DNA of 64,000 nucleotides. Origin: Mobula hypostoma (lineage: Eukaryota). The stretch spans positions 156,922,001 to 156,986,000 of the forward strand of contig NC_086102.1 in assembly GCF_963921235.1 (NCBI RefSeq), given 5' to 3'. The translations under genes and the position numbers were made by a program. The notes below the pieces were generated by a model. The model was not told the DNA's origin, made no database searches, and saw nothing but the letters and a program-made list of their open reading frames with translations. This document shows, in pieces, positions 48,751 through 62,979 of this stretch (its first letter is position 1; every line of letters starts with the position of its first letter).

Positions 48751-51700
48751 AATATAATTGTGCAGGGAATTTGCATGTGACAAGTACATATTGTGTTGAA
48801 TTGATAGCATTCAAATGTCACAGGTATCTTTCATCTTTTTGTCCAATGAGGCCTACGACCGGCTTTATTACGTGGGTGGAAGCTTCTTTCTGCTGTGTTG
48901 CATTGACCATATCACAAACATTGGAGAAAGGTTTGTTTTGATCAGTGTAACTAGAAAAACCATAAACCCATTTCTTTTCAGAAGATGTGTGGCTGAAATA
49001 TCCACCACTGACAGCTTAGTTTTACGTGTATACATTTTGGAAATGTTTTCAATTTAAATAGTTAAGGGAGTGCAGAAGCAATATTTGCAAAAACTTGCAG
49101 GAAATTTACAGTACATTTTAGAGAAAGAGGCAGATCATGAGACTTTCCTGGCACCAAAACTTGACAGCATTGGTAGTTCTGGAGTGGCAGTTTTTATTTC
49201 TACATTGATGTCTTGAGGGAAGGTCTAAGCATAATACTTCTATGAGGATTTCTTGCCTAAGTTATCGAGACTACTTGGGCTGTCAAACAACAATCGGAAC
49301 CACATGGAATCTGTGCTAACATCAGTGGACTGCAGTGATCTGTAATATCCTAATAGCACTCTAATTCTGAAATTAAGAGCCACTGAAGTCAATGGATCAG
49401 TGAAGGAGCATATCATTCAGCCATTGCTGTGATGCTCAATTCGGATATGCACTCAAGGATTGTGCCACAATTCTGTAAACTCAACTTCACCTCCCGCACG
49501 TTTCGGAGTTGGGTCCACCTCCACAAGGAAACCATAATCAGATGTAAACTGCTTAAGAAGGCCCTTCAGTCCTCAAAAAACTTAAGTACTCAGCTCTCTG
49601 CGTTACATCATCACAGACCATCTCATGAAACTCAGAGATTAGGAACTACTTGGTGAAATGGCAAATAATAATATTAATAGAACCTAAAATAGTTGGAAAC
49701 TTGCTGATGGAGTTAGCTGGTGAAAGCTGGCCATACACACTTCAGGGCTATTTTAATATGTTCATTGACCATGAGGACGTGACATCTGAATTCTTTAGAA
49801 GATCCCTACTGTGTAGGTGATGTTATTCACAATGCAGTAAACAACAAATGCACTGGAGAGTGGTTCTGGACTGCACGGCACAATTTATCACATTTTATCC
49901 AAGCAGAAGATGAGTCTACAAGATGCCAAAGTCTGGCACTGTGAACATATCTTAGTGTTCTATGAGTTTTGCTATATTTCCTCTCCTTTGTTTTTGGGTA
50001 TCATATTTACACACCACTCCACAGTGCCAGCGTTCACAAGCCGGGGCTCAATTCCCACTACTGCCTCGGAAACTTTTGTCAAGAATTTCCCTTTTGCAAA
50101 TTCTCCCTCTCTATCCTGCACTCCTTCTCCCAAGACCCCTTTGCCAATCATTCTCTTTGTGGGTTTGAGGTTAAATATTGAGCAAAAAGTTGTTGATATT
50201 AGAATTGACAATTCAAGTCAAACTTGTTAACAAAGAGTCGAAAATTTGGCAGCTAAGCCATTTTCTCCAATATTATGCATTTCTGTTCTTGCCAAACTTC
50301 CTGTCTTTATACTTCCCACCTTTTACTTAATAATACATATCATCTTAATATTTTTTGCTGTAAGTATTAACTGGTATTTCTTTACGATCACTTCAGAGCA
50401 CTAACAATTGTTCAATTTCTCTTTGACCTAAATTCTTGACGCATCTAATCAATGTGGCACTTGTCCAATGCCAACTGAGCATTTGTCTATTCAGCAGAAT
50501 GAAATACTACAATTCACCACGTTTGTATTACATCTATATATATAGTTTAAAATATTCCTTCAGACATAACTTGCTACTTTTCTTTGCAGTGGAGTAAGCT
50601 TTCAGAGAATCTCTGATGTTTTAGTATAGCTTTGAAGCAGTATTAGAATTCAAAACAGCACCAAAGAAAGAACTTAATAATTATTCGCTAACTGAGTGGG
50701 CAAAAGCACTCCGATTGCTTTAGATTATGTTTCTGCAATTAAGATCAGGAATTTTAAAGACATTCTTTACCCTCTCAGTGAGCGGTTCTGCAGTAAATTT
50801 GTGATAGCTTTACTAAATCTTCACTATAACTACTGTTCATTACTTTAAAAACTAGTTTGATCTCTTATTCCCATGGCTGGCTTATTTGTTACTTCATTTT
50901 ATGCTAACTCAGTTCGGCTTGAATATTTCATAGCACATTTTCTTCACAGCATTTAAAATGTAATTGAAATTTGTTGTTAGAGGCTAAATTTTATCTTGCA
51001 ACATTGTCATCATATTATTAGATTTTTCATTTTCTCATCTTGAGCTTGACCTCAGTTTTAATGGAATTGACATTTAGAAGTAAATTGTATCCAACAAATC
51101 CAGATGCAACTCAAGCCCTTTAACATCAGCACGAGCTCAGTTTAATGAGACTGAGTTGCTGAATAATATCAAACGGTGCAGATAAAAACTGACAAAAGTG
51201 AAATTATTTTGGACACGTGCCTTTTATTATTGGTTATCTCAGAGGAATTGTAAATTAGTTGAGCAAGTTCATCAGAATCTCTATTCCTTGGGCTACCAGC
51301 CATCTTCTGTGGTTATCTTGGTGGCTTGTGCTAAACAGGTGATGTAGTAGCATCTGATTTATTCGGGTTTTAAACTTTACTCCTTCTTTTCCCAGTTCCC
51401 TCATTTCCAGTATGTAAACATTGCTGACAAGACCAGCAGTTGATCCTCAATCATAACTGAATAGGGAGTTTCAGGACCTTGACCCAATGACAATGAATAA
51501 ATGTCTACAACTTTCATGTTGGGATGGTGTGTAATTTAGAGGGGAGCCAGCAAGGGATTTCTTATCCTGTGTAAATAACCTGGTAGATCAGAAGATGCTT
51601 TACTGATTCTATCAATTTACATTGATTGTCCAATGTAGCAAACAGTAATGAGAAAATCAACTTTCTTGTCAGTATTACAAGGTAAAAATCACTGCAAGAT

Positions 51701-52004
51701 TAACTATCATCAGGAATACCTAATCTCTAATTTTACAGTAATTAGCCTCATTTGCTGTGTTCTATTAAAATGTTAGTACACTCCTGGAATTGGTAGAGCC
51801 ATTTAAATTACCGGAGTGGCAGTAAGCTAACCAGGAGATGTGTCAACTCAAGCTGACTTCTAACCAAAACAAGTTGTCCCTGAAGCTCAAGACCTGATGA
51901 AAATCTGGTCTAAATCTTCACCTGCATGATATTCACAGGCTGAAGAAACTATTAAGTGCAGCTCTGTCACGGTCTGGCCAATATCTGCTGGGTCTTTTAG
52001 TAAA

Positions 52005-52764
52005 TTTGAAAGTAAAATTTATGATCAGAGTACATACACATCACCATACAACCCCGAGATTCTTTTTCCTACGGGCATACTCAGCAAGACTAAAGAATAG
52101 TCTTGAAAGAGCAATGAAAGGGTCAATGAAAGAGCAAAAAAGACAACAAACTGCAAATCAAATATAAAGGAATAGCAATAAATAACAAGAGCATGAAATA
52201 ACAAGGTAAAGAGTCCTTAAACTGAGGTCATTGGCTGTGGGAACATCATAATAGATGAGTGTAGTTATCCTCTTTTGTTCAAGAGCCCGATGGTTGAGGG
52301 GTAGTAACTGTCCTTTTACCCAGTGGCAGCAGTGAGAAAAGAGCATGGCCTGGGTGGTGAAGATCTTTGATGATGGATGCTGCCTTCCAACCTCAGCATT
52401 TCATGTAGACGTACTCCATGGTTGGGTGGGCTTTACCTGTGATGTACTAGGCCGAATCCACTACCTTTTGTAGGACTTTCCATTCAAAGGTATTAATGTT
52501 CCCATACCAGACGGTAATGCAGCCAGTCAATACACTTTCCACTACACATCTACAGAAGTTTGTCAAAATTTTTGATGTCAGACTCCTAAGGAAGTAGAAG
52601 CACATTTGTGCTTTTTTTGCAACTATATTTATATTATGGGTCCAGGACAGGTCCTCTGAGATACTGACACTTGGGAATTTAAAATTACTGGCTTCTCCAC
52701 CTTTTATCCTCCGATGAGGACTGTCTTATGGACCTTTGGTTTCCCTCTCCTGAAGTCTATCAGT
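52005..52764 (-). mobile_element. Rex1/L2-like LINE 3' portion
   Basis: Reverse complement reads LIDFRRGKP..V.IGG..FKF; ATAAATTTTACTTTCAAA tail. Confidence 0.8.
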
Positions 52765-53432
52765 AAGTAAGACTGCAGGCAGGTCCTGTGATGTGGGGTG
52801 GAGGGAGAGAAGTGAGGGGGATAGCTCCAAATATATATTTTTTTTTAATTCAAGAGAGACACTCTTGTTTTTCTTGATTTGTCAAAAATGAAATTATTTG
52901 TTTTTACATTGAGCAGCCTCCAGTAGATCCCCCTATAAACTGCTGAGAAATCAGGACAGCAAAGTTCTTTCATTTCTTGGCCAGTTTTAATTGGGTTCTA
53001 CAATGAATAACTGGCATATAGTTTGATTATGTAGGGACCCCAATGTGTATTTCAGGCAGCTGTCAGACACATGTCAAAACTGATGGCTTTCAACTGGTAA
53101 ATACCACAAGGTCGAAGGAACTCAAATTCGGCCAGTTGCAGTCTAAATGTTTTCCACAAGGCTGATTTTATGCCCAAGCAATGGATGTAATGACAGCAAA
53201 TATATCTCATTAATTTAAGAGAACTACTTTAGTGTGCAGGTCCCTGATCTGGACGGGTTTTAGTAACATATGTGGTTTACTCACATACTTGATGTACAAA
53301 TGTGATCTTTGTGCTTTACTTTTAAACTATACATAGATGGTAATTATTGCCATTGGCTCAATCTTGTAATTGTTTTTTTGTCATATAAAAAAGACAACTG
53401 TTGATGTTTCATTAATAAAATGGCAAGCAAGT

Positions 53433-53459
53433 TGTGTGTGTGTGTGTGTGTGTGTGTGT
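53433..53459. repeat. (TG)n microsatellite
   Basis: ~13 TG units. Confidence 0.95.
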
Positions 53460-54051
53460 ATACAAGTCCTTGATGCCATATCTCTCTTTTAACTTTCTAT
53501 CCATGCATATAAATTGCACTACATAAAATACAATTTCAGCTCTCCTGAGGTGACTTAAATCAACCTTGTCCTTCATTTTTGAATCTACCCTGTCCTTCAA
53601 AAAGATAATATTTTCATGGAAAATTTTTCTAACCCACAGCTACTTGATGTGAATTAAATGTGTGGACTTCTCTCTTCAAGACAAATACTGCGTTTGATTT
53701 CTGATGTGAAGCTTTACATTTATCTCAGTACTTTTGTCAATTACTTTGACCACCCACTCTCTTCCATCTGGGCAACGTAGAACAATGCTTAATGTTGCAC
53801 AACAGTTCATCTGCCTTTCCCTTGATCTGTCAATTGAACATTGCACTATTAAGTACCAGACTTGAAATGCAAGTGACCAGATGGTAAAGCCAGCAGGAAG
53901 CCAGTCATTGCCATGAAACACACTGTTTACAGCTATCAACTCTGAAAGAACGGTTTTCCAATGTCTGTAAAGTTTGGTAAAGAAGTACCTGCTATGTTAA
54001 AGAAGGACAAATACTATCAATTAACAGTTAAGAAATCAATTGAGTCCCGTG

Positions 54052-55477
54052 GAAAAAGGAGGGAGAGAGAAACCGGGGAATTATAGGCCGGTTAGCCTAA
54101 CGTCGGTGGTGGGGAAACTGCTGGAGTCAGTTATCAAGGATGTGATAACAGCACATTTGGAAAGCGGTGAAATGATCGGACAAAGTCAGCATGGATTTGT
54201 GAAAGGAAAATCATGTCTGACGAATCTCATAGAATTTTTTGAGGATGTAACTAGTAGAGTGGATAGGGGAGAACCAGTGGATGTGGTATATTTGGATTTT
54301 CAAAAGGCTTTTGACAAGGTCCCACATAGGAGATTAGTGTGCAAACTTAAAGCACACGGTATTGGGGGTAAGGTATTGGTGTGGGTGGAGAATTGGTTAG
54401 CAGACAGGAAGCAAAGAGTGGGAATAAACGGGACCTTTTCAGAATGGCAGGCGGTGACTAGTGGGGTACCGCAAGGCTCAGTGCTGGGACCCCAGTTGTT
54501 TACAATATATATTAATGACTTGGATGAGGGAATTAAATGCAGCATCTCCAAGTTTGCGGATGACACGAAGCTGGGTGGCAGTGTTAGCAGTGAGGAGGAT
54601 GCTAAGAGGATGCAGGGTGACTTGGATAGGTTGGGTGAGTGGGCAAACTCATGGCAGATGCAATTTAATGTGGATAAATGTGAAGTTATCCACTTTGGTG
54701 GCAAAAATAGGAAAACAGATTATTATCTGAATGGTGGCCGATTAGGAAAAGGGGAGGTGCAACGAGACCTGGGTGTCATTATACACCAGTCATTGAAAGT
54801 GGGCATGCAGGTACAGCAGGCGGTGAAAAAGGCGAACGGTATGCTGGCATTTATAGCGAGAGGATTCGAGTACAGGAGCAGGGAGGTACTACTGCAGTTG
54901 TACAAGGCCTTGGTGAGACCACACCTGGAGTATTGTGTGCAGTTTTGGTCCCCTAATCTGAGGAAAGACATCTTTGCCATAGAGGGAGTACAAAGAAGGT
55001 TCACCAGATTGATTCCTGGGATGGCAGGTCTTTCATATGAAGAAAGACTGGATGAAGTGGGCTTGTACTCGTTGGAATTTAGAAGATTGAGGGGGGATCT
55101 GATTGAAACGTATAAGATCCTAAAGGGATTGGACAGGCTAGATGCAGGAAGATTGTTCCCGATGTTGGGGAGGTCTAGAACGAGGGGTCACAGTTTGAGG
55201 ATAGAGGGGAAGCCTTTTAGGACCGAGGTTAGGAAAAACTTCTTCACACAGAGAGTGGTGAATCTGTGGAATTCTCTGCCACAGCAAACTGTTGAGGCCA
55301 GTTCATTAGCTATGTTTAAAAGGAAGTTAGATATGGCCCTTGTGGCTACAGGGGTCAGGGGGTATGGAGGGAAGGCTGGGTTCTGAGTTGGATGATCAGC
55401 CATGATCATAATAAATGGCGGTGCAGGCTCGAAGGGCCGAATGGCCTACTCCTGCACCTATTTTCTATGTTTCTATG
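54052..55477 (+). mobile_element. Young 5'-truncated CR1 with an uninterrupted RT reading frame
   Basis: 448-aa open frame 54040-55386 (NYRPVSLTS to FADD to WNSLP); CTATGTTT tail. Confidence 0.97.
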
Positions 55478-55624
55478 AAACAAAGTCCTTACTTTCCCAT
55501 TATTTTCTGAATTGTTTGAAGATTATTGAAGCTCAAGCTGATTGAAATATTTTTAAACTTCAATTTTGTATTCTTCATGGGAAAGCTAACTGCTGGGACA
55601 CCTTTCAACAGTTATCTAAAAATA

Positions 55625-55722
55625 GACTTCACTTCTTTTCACACCACAGATGCTGCTTGACCCATTAAGATCCTCCAGCAAATTGTCTGTTGCTTCAGAT
55701 TCCAGTATCTGCAGTCTCCTGT
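55625..55722 (+). mobile_element. Penelope-like 3' tail remnant
   Basis: CAGATGCTGCTTGACC..CCTCCAGC..TTCCAGTATCTGCAG. Confidence 0.7.
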
Positions 55723-56049
55723 GGCTGCACACTTCACCTTCAATTTTCCAGATAATTGGGCATATCAATATTTTTAGAGTGTTACATAAGTGTTTCAACT
55801 TTTACCTAATAGACCAGGATATACTGTTGAAAACTTCCTGTGGTGAGTAAGTTTGTGTCAAATTATTGCATCTGTTCTTTTGATGTTTACTAATTTAAGA
55901 TCTGTGTTGAAAGGATGGTAGGGCAGATTCTAGTTTGTACGTGGTTGAAGCAGTTTCAATTTCTATTTTGGTCACTGGAAGCAACCATATTTATAATACC
56001 TTGTTAACTAAGGTTCTTTACAGAAGCAATCTACAATGTAAGATTTACT

Positions 56050-57160
56050 ATGAGTTATTTAAGGGGTTATAAGATGTTTGGTGAAACCGAAACTCAAGAG
56101 AAAATGAGAGAGTCAAGGAAATAGGGGTTTTGGGATGGAATTCCAGGGTTTAGGACATTGGTAGGTGAAGCATGGAAACCAACAGTTGAATAGAATTGTG
56201 GGAAAAATTGGAAAGATCCAGATAGCTTGAAGGACTAATGGATTTCAAGAAGTTACAGAGATTGTAAAGGAAAGGATTATTGAGGACCAGAATTTTAAAA
56301 TCAGGGCATTGCTTAAGCAGAAGAGAGAACAGCTTGGAAGGACAGGGATTTTGGGGGAAACAGGTCTTGTGCCTTAGGTTGTTGACAGCGGGATTTTGGG
56401 CATAGTCAGGTTTATAGTAAGACAGTATTGTCATGACTATGTAAGAAAAACAAGTCCAGAAGTAGCTAAAGTTATAGTTATGAATATCAGCAACAGGTAG
56501 ACTGAGCCAAGGGTAGTATTGGCTAATGTCAGGACTATGGAAATAAAGCCTTAGAGATGAACCAGATACACGATCCAAAAGCACAAATTATGATTAACCA
56601 TATAACGTTTGATATCAATTTTGTTCATTTCCAGACAATTGCCAGGGAGATACTGTAGATGGAGATGATGATTAAGGTACAAAGTTATTTTAGGGTTAAA
56701 GCAATGACTTTTGTATTTCCCTATATGAATTACAGGAAATACCTGCTCATCCAGTTATTGCTAACAGTTCAAAAATTTAGTTAAGGGGACATAAAACACC
56801 ATAGTGAAATAGAGCTGGATGTCAGCAGTTGTCACAAGTTTGAATGGTGTTGAATGGCAGAAGAAAAAAATGGAATATACCTGGGTCACCAGAGGCATCA
56901 GTACAAGCATGCAAGGTGCTCCCTAGCAATGGTTACATAAAGAAGAGTGAAAACAGGTGAATAGAATGATAATAAAGAGGTATTGGAGATGGATATTGTG
57001 GTCAATTGGGTCAATCTCTCCAGACAGATCAAGAGGGACAAGAAGGGAAAGACTTCTTTTGTGACCATCACGTAGAATTTGGAGAAAACTGGTGATTCAA
57101 ATAGATGATATTCTGGAAAGAAAGATGGGGGCTGTAAATCTTGGGGACTCACATCTTTTC
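56050..57160 (-). mobile_element. Ancient L2-like LINE remnant
   Basis: DFKILVL..LYNLCNFL segment typical of the L2 ORF2 C-terminus; heavily diverged. Confidence 0.5.
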
Positions 57161-57569
57161 AAAATAAGGATTTGAGCCTTCTCCATGTCATATCGCAGTA
57201 TTAAATGGTAATAGACATAAGAGATTTATAATTTCCAATAACTTCCATAAACATAACACCCACTCAATTTAATACAAGTTTGAAGTTAAATTTAAAAAAT
57301 AGTGGCTCCTTCTGCAGTTATTTTAATTGCATTCTAACCTAATTACCAACGAATGGCTATTTATCCTTATAGAGTAGGCGGCATTTAAATATGTTATCTT
57401 GACTAAATGCAAGCCCTTTAAAGCTAAATATAAATAAATATCTTGTATACAGCATAATTTGATATAACAAAACTCCATGGAGTACATTCAAACATTCATT
57501 TTACCTTTTTAGTCAGGGAAATAGTCTATAATATATTAAAATCATACAGATACATTAGTAGAGCTCTGA

Positions 57570-57885
57570 TTTATTTGGGGTCTAGTAATTCAGTGGCCTT
57601 AACCAGCAGTCCAGAGACCTAACAACTTCATGACAGTTGTGGGACTTGAATTCAGTTAATATTCAGGAATTTGAAACTATAGTTAGTTATTGACAATGAC
57701 TGTGAAAAAAAGAAATATCTGATTCACTAAAGGAACTCCGCCATGTTCTGGTTTATATGTAATTCCAGACCATCAGTGTGGTTGACCATAAAATGGCCTA
57801 ATAAACCAGTCAATTCAAAGACAACTCGGGATGATACATTTACACTGGCCTGCAAATAGCTAGCAATCCTGAGAAATGAAAAATA
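57570..57885 (+). mobile_element. Old SINE remnant
   Basis: CTAGTAAT..TCTGATTCACTAA..TCCAGACC..GTGGTTGAC..AAATGGCCTA pattern, recalled from a common chondrichthyan SINE. Confidence 0.5.
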
Positions 57886-57929
57886 GAATAGGTCTCCAAA
57901 CAGTAATGCAGCAGACACGATGAGAAGAT

Positions 57930-58250
57930 GTTCAGTAAAATTAAAGAACTAATTGTTGACTTCAGGAAAGGGAAGGAGAGCAAACATGCAGGGATCTACA
58001 AAAAGTGAGTCTACATTGGAGGATTAACAATGGAGAAGGTTAGCAGTTTTAAATTCCTGAGTGTTAACATATTGATGACCTGTCCTCGGTCCAGTACTTA
58101 GATACAATCACAAGGAATGTGTGCCAAAAAGTTAAGGAGGCTCACCATGTTGACAGTTAAGCTTCTCCAAATGTACTTTTGAAAGTATCCTGACTGGTTG
58201 CATAATTTTCTGGTGCAGCAGTTCAAATATGCAGGAATGCTAGAAGCCCT
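57930..58250 (+). mobile_element. Rex1-like fragment
   Basis: SKIKELIVDFRKG..EKVSSFKFL..ESILTGCI. Confidence 0.8.
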
Positions 58251-58255
58251 CTAGC

Positions 58256-58326
58256 AGAGGTTCCCTACTTGGGGTCTACAGATCCCTTGCTTAATTGGAT
58301 TGGTCCATGGCATAAAAGAAGGTTCT
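58256..58326. mobile_element. hAT/Charlie-like MITE remnant
   Basis: CAGAGGTTCCC..TGGGGTC..GGTCCATGGCATAAAA.AAGGTT; right TIR incomplete. Confidence 0.5.
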
Positions 58327-60234
58327 GTATTTTGGTTTCCATTCTTCATACAACAGCATGAGACAAATTGTTCATGATGAGTCCGAAAAAGTTGTGATAT
58401 AGTGTGATACTTAAATTAAACAGGATCTTTAGGATTTATATGAATAGGTGATTATCTCTTGGAATAGGTCTTTTGTCCAGCACAGAAGGAGCAAGTTAAT
58501 GGGTAGCAAAATTGAAAAGGTACAATGATGTTTTGCCAAGCCCATTCTGAAAGACAGTGAGTGAGCTTTCCCGTTAAATGCCATACCTCTATTAGAAACA
58601 CAAAACACATCCTAGAAAACAGACAAGAAGATACCACTCACAGACATATTCAACTATCCACAAAGCGCAGCACATCAACAAATTATGTTCTTATTTCTTA
58701 ATGTTTCTTACAACAAATCTCACTCCCTCATCTCTGGCTCTTTTTTTCCCATCCTAAACTATCTCCAGTCCATCTCAAATGAAAAAATCAACTTTAAACA
58801 GTCCTAATTTTTCGGGTGCCATTCTGGACATAGTAATGGATGGTCTAGATGTCTGTTTCTACCCATTAAGTTTTACTTTTCATCCCAAAGCTTCTGTTCC
58901 TAATATTGGACCCATTTTCAGCCTATTTCGGTTGTTCTATTCAATGTAACATGATTGATAATTAATTACAATAGCACTGTTCAAGCTATCTACCATTTAT
59001 AATTTGCCTTACATTTACCAGGATACTTTTGCACCATCAATAATATGCTCAGCCTCAGCTCACCTCCATGATTAGTGCCCCTAATCCAAGCAGAACTTCT
59101 ATTTCTCACACATGCCACCCCCTTCATTAATCTCTTGGGACCAAAGCTAATAGGATCTTTTGATTGTCCTATACTCATCAAGCCAAACTTCCGCCTATGT
59201 CCTTTGCATCCCTAAAACCCTTTGCATTGATGCCATGATTTTCAATAGTTGGATATTGAATCCATAAGGTTCATCCTTTCCAAAAATAAATATCTTCCCT
59301 ACTTTATGCCAGTTTTTCACAGTTCATGGCTGCAAATAACTGTTGCACTTCTGAGTGTAACCATTTCATCAAGGTGAATTTTTTTTTCCAATAGATGACC
59401 CAATGATATGTTAGTAATAATGTTAAGCATGCCCTGCTGTAAAATGGGGAATCATATTTCATACAGATACACTGTGTAGGTATTTAACAACACACACAAA
59501 CTTCATTTAAACCGAGTGTTCAATATACAGTATACAACAATGTGAAGCAATGTATTTGCCCCTCCCCATGTTAATGGATAATGCTACTATTGAAAGACAT
59601 AATCAAGCTCACACCGATGGATTCTGGACGATAATAAATAAATACCTCTATGATTCTGATTCTAATGCTAAATTACAGCTTGGTCCAAGTGAGCTAACAT
59701 CTCCAGAAGAAACTAATTGAATTAACTTCTAATTGTTGGTTTAATTGGTCTTATTGAAATTGAAAGATACATGTATCAGTGTGATTTTGGCTGCTCCCAC
59801 CCTACTGCACTTTTTATTTATTCTTCTTATCTGCTCAGTGGTGGGACGAGTGATAAAATCAATGCCAGGCTATTTTCCTTATCTGTTTGCCTTTCGTACT
59901 TAAGAGCTTTCAGTTTCCTGTCTCTGATAGTTAGTTACCTGTTACTTTATGCCTCTGTTTAGTTCAATCTCTTGAATGATAATTAATTCAATATCTAAAT
60001 TTAATAACTAATGGAAGGGCCACAGAGACCATTTGTTATACTAGTGTTATGATTTGCCTGAAGATCAGGTACACAGGATGTAGTTGATTGCCCTCTAATA
60101 TGTGTTCTACTTAGAAACATTTCTTTCAGCCTCACAAGGGAATGAAATGCAAGATCTAAACATTTTGTTTTGTAGTGCCATGTTTTTTAAAGCTGCGATA
60201 AAAAAAATTATTGAAAGTTGAGATTTGCTGTATA

Positions 60235-60545
60235 GTTGGCGTGTGGCCAAGTGGTTAAGGCGGCGGTCTAGTGATCTGAAGGACACTAGTTCGAGCCTCA
60301 GCTGAGGCAGCGTGTTGTGTCCTTGAGCAAGGCACTTAACCACACATTGCTCTGCGACGGCACCGGTGCCAGGCTGTATCGGCCCTAGTATCCTTCCCTT
60401 GGACAACATCGGTGGCGTGGAGAGGGGAGACTTGCAACATGGGCAATTGCCAGTCTTCCATACAACCTTGTCCAGGCCTGCGCCCTGGAAACCTTCCAAG
60501 GTGCAATTCCATGGTCTCACGAGACTAACGGATGCCTATTATTAT
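60235..60545 (+). mobile_element. tRNA-derived CORE-type SINE, full length
   Basis: Sister of 21887-22172; ends GAGACTAACGGATGCC(TAT)n. Confidence 0.9.
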
Positions 60546-60635
60546 ATATATAAAACTGAGATTAAAATTTTCATTCCAGTTTCTTCATGCATTTGATCTG
60601 CTTAGGCACTGAAGGTCCCAGGAATGACCAATTGT

Positions 60636-60900
60636 GGGGCAGCATGGTAACTTAGCAGTTGTCACAAAATTTTATAGTACCAGTGACCCAGGTTCAGTTC
60701 CTGCCACTGCTTGTAATGAGTTTCAACATTCTCCCCATGACCCCATGGGTTTCATCTGGGTGCTTCAGTTTCCTCCCACAGTCTAAAGATATCCCATTTG
60801 GTAGGTTAATTGGTCATTGTAAATTGTCCCATGATTAGGCCAAGATTAATTTGGGTGATTGCATTACTTCAAAAAAATTTTTAAAAATAAATAAATGAAT
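60636..60900 (+). mobile_element. V-SINE
   Basis: tRNA head; V-domain TTCTCCCCATGACC..GGGTTTC..GGGTGCTTCAGTTTCCTCCCACAGTC. Confidence 0.85.
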
Positions 60901-62169
60901 ATATAACTCTTCTGATAAGCTCGTCTGTAATGCTAAGTAATGCACATATGATCCAGTAGCTTCCTACTTACTGCAGGATCTCATGGCATCTAATCATGAT
61001 ATGGCTCTCAGAAATCAGGACAAGTCTTTACATTGCTATGTTTGAACAAAACTAACTAACTACGTCTTAAACTATTTTTCATGTCCTTTGCCTATTATAG
61101 CTGGTTGAAAAGATTACTTTCCAAAATAAATGCTGAGGGAAATCCCTTTTATTCTGAAATTTGCCGATGATCAAATAAATGAAAATATTTAGCTTCCAAC
61201 ATACATATCTAATCATTCTATGAGAAGCACCAATTAATGGAGTGTAATAGAAAAACAGTACATAATGCTTCTGATATCCCTGCCTGGAATATGGGAAGCA
61301 TGTTTAACTTATCTTTGTTTCTTCACTATTTCTGGAAAAATTATTATTGTAATCAATGCTTCTACACTTACCTTTCTCCTTTAGTTTATATTTCTTAATA
61401 TTTCATGGAATGTCCATAGATGTTAACTCTCTGTAAATTATAATGATTTTCAGCTTGAAAAAGCATAGGTTTTCATAATCGATCAGTGAATATACTTTAA
61501 AATTCCGATGTATTTGCTTTACACCTGTCCATACTTCAGTGCAATTTTCATCAAAATTTTAAAAACAGTTAATGGACAAGCTAGATTATGTTTCATGTAG
61601 TATAATTATTTCAGTTTGATAGATTAAGAATGCATCTAGACACTGCATGTGTACGGCTAAATTAGACCTTTGGGATAGTACACCTGTTGAGAAAGTGTGT
61701 TGACTGCTTCCTCTTTGTCAGCCTTCCAAAGAGAACTAGATTGGTTGCTCAACTGGGCCAAATATATGTCTTCTAAATCAAACTGAAAAACCCAAAGAGG
61801 GGATAATATCAATATTGAGGGTGAGCAAGTTTTGATCACATATGGGAACTAAACAAGAATTTACTAACTTTTCCCCCTGAACAGCCATAGGCTTTTATCA
61901 TTTTTCTGCATCTCCAATATCACATAACTGCTGATGGGGATTTCCTATGCTAATGTTCATAGCTTTGATATAACTGTGATGAAATTTCTACACATTATTG
62001 CATTCTTCTTGGCTGCAGCACCTACAGTCGGGCTGCAGTTGTTCTGCTCTTATTGTTTTCCATTTTACTATAATGAATATTTCTCACAGGATATTTAAAT
62101 TGATTTTATACTTGAGTCCCAGCATTCAATACTTTGCTTCTCAATGACCATGTGATGGATTCATTATCA

Positions 62170-62600
62170 CCTTATTATCAGGTCAGATACGTGTCCTGAC
62201 TTGATGTGTTTAATCTTCCTTCCACTTCAGTATGCGGACTGATACCATCAGTTAGGCAGAGATTTGAAATCTTGCATTTAATTCCCACTCTCCCTGCAAG
62301 CCTCTGTAATGTTCCCATCATTACATTTTGCAGCAAGGTGTTAAATAAGTTAAGTGATAACAAGTGACCTTGCTTAACTTTGCTGCTGCTTGGAATCACT
62401 CAGGACATACTCCGCGATGCTGTTGAGCCTGCTTTGATTAACAAGGCTGTTTCAAAGTATTAATGAGTTTTGCAGGTAGACCACTATTTATAAGGATTTC
62501 CTAAAGTGTTGCCCATCATGTTCTCAATTGTCTTTAAGAAATCAATAAGCTATGATCCGATGTCAGCCTGTGATCAACAGCTGCATCTGACAACAGACAC
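62170..62600 (-). mobile_element. RTE-like RT fragment, decayed
   Basis: VKQGHLLSLNLFNTLL..ISNLCLTDGI, resembling GVRQGC.LSP.LFN..NLRFADDI. Confidence 0.6.
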
Positions 62601-62979
62601 ATAACAAAGATCTGTTTGAAATGTCACGTTCAGGTCAATCTCTGATGATGCTTGTTTAAATAACACAAAAAAAATGTATGTGATGTTTACCAAGCCATGA
62701 TTGACAGGTAGTTGGGATGGAGGGAGCATTGGATATAAGCAGTGATGGATGGAAACAGCACTCTACAGAAAATATTGTTATCATATGTGCTTCCAAAATG
62801 GAAATCATGCCAAGGTGCAAGGTGAATCACTAGAAGCACATGATCCGACTTCCAGAACCAAATAAAATTTCAAGGAAGTGGGTGCTACATTTCACTCCAG
62901 AAAATAAAAGAAACTTTCAATTGCACAGACTGAGAAAAGCAGCATAATGTAATTACATTCCCATTCAATCGTAATGTTG

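Noticed and set aside
53676-53942. 87-aa minus-strand ORF behind a TTCTTTCAG acceptor
   Set aside because: No convincing donor or recognisable homology; consistent with chance.
60235-60310. tRNA gene
   Set aside because: It is a SINE head: no acceptor-stem closure, and it continues into CORE-like and tail domains.
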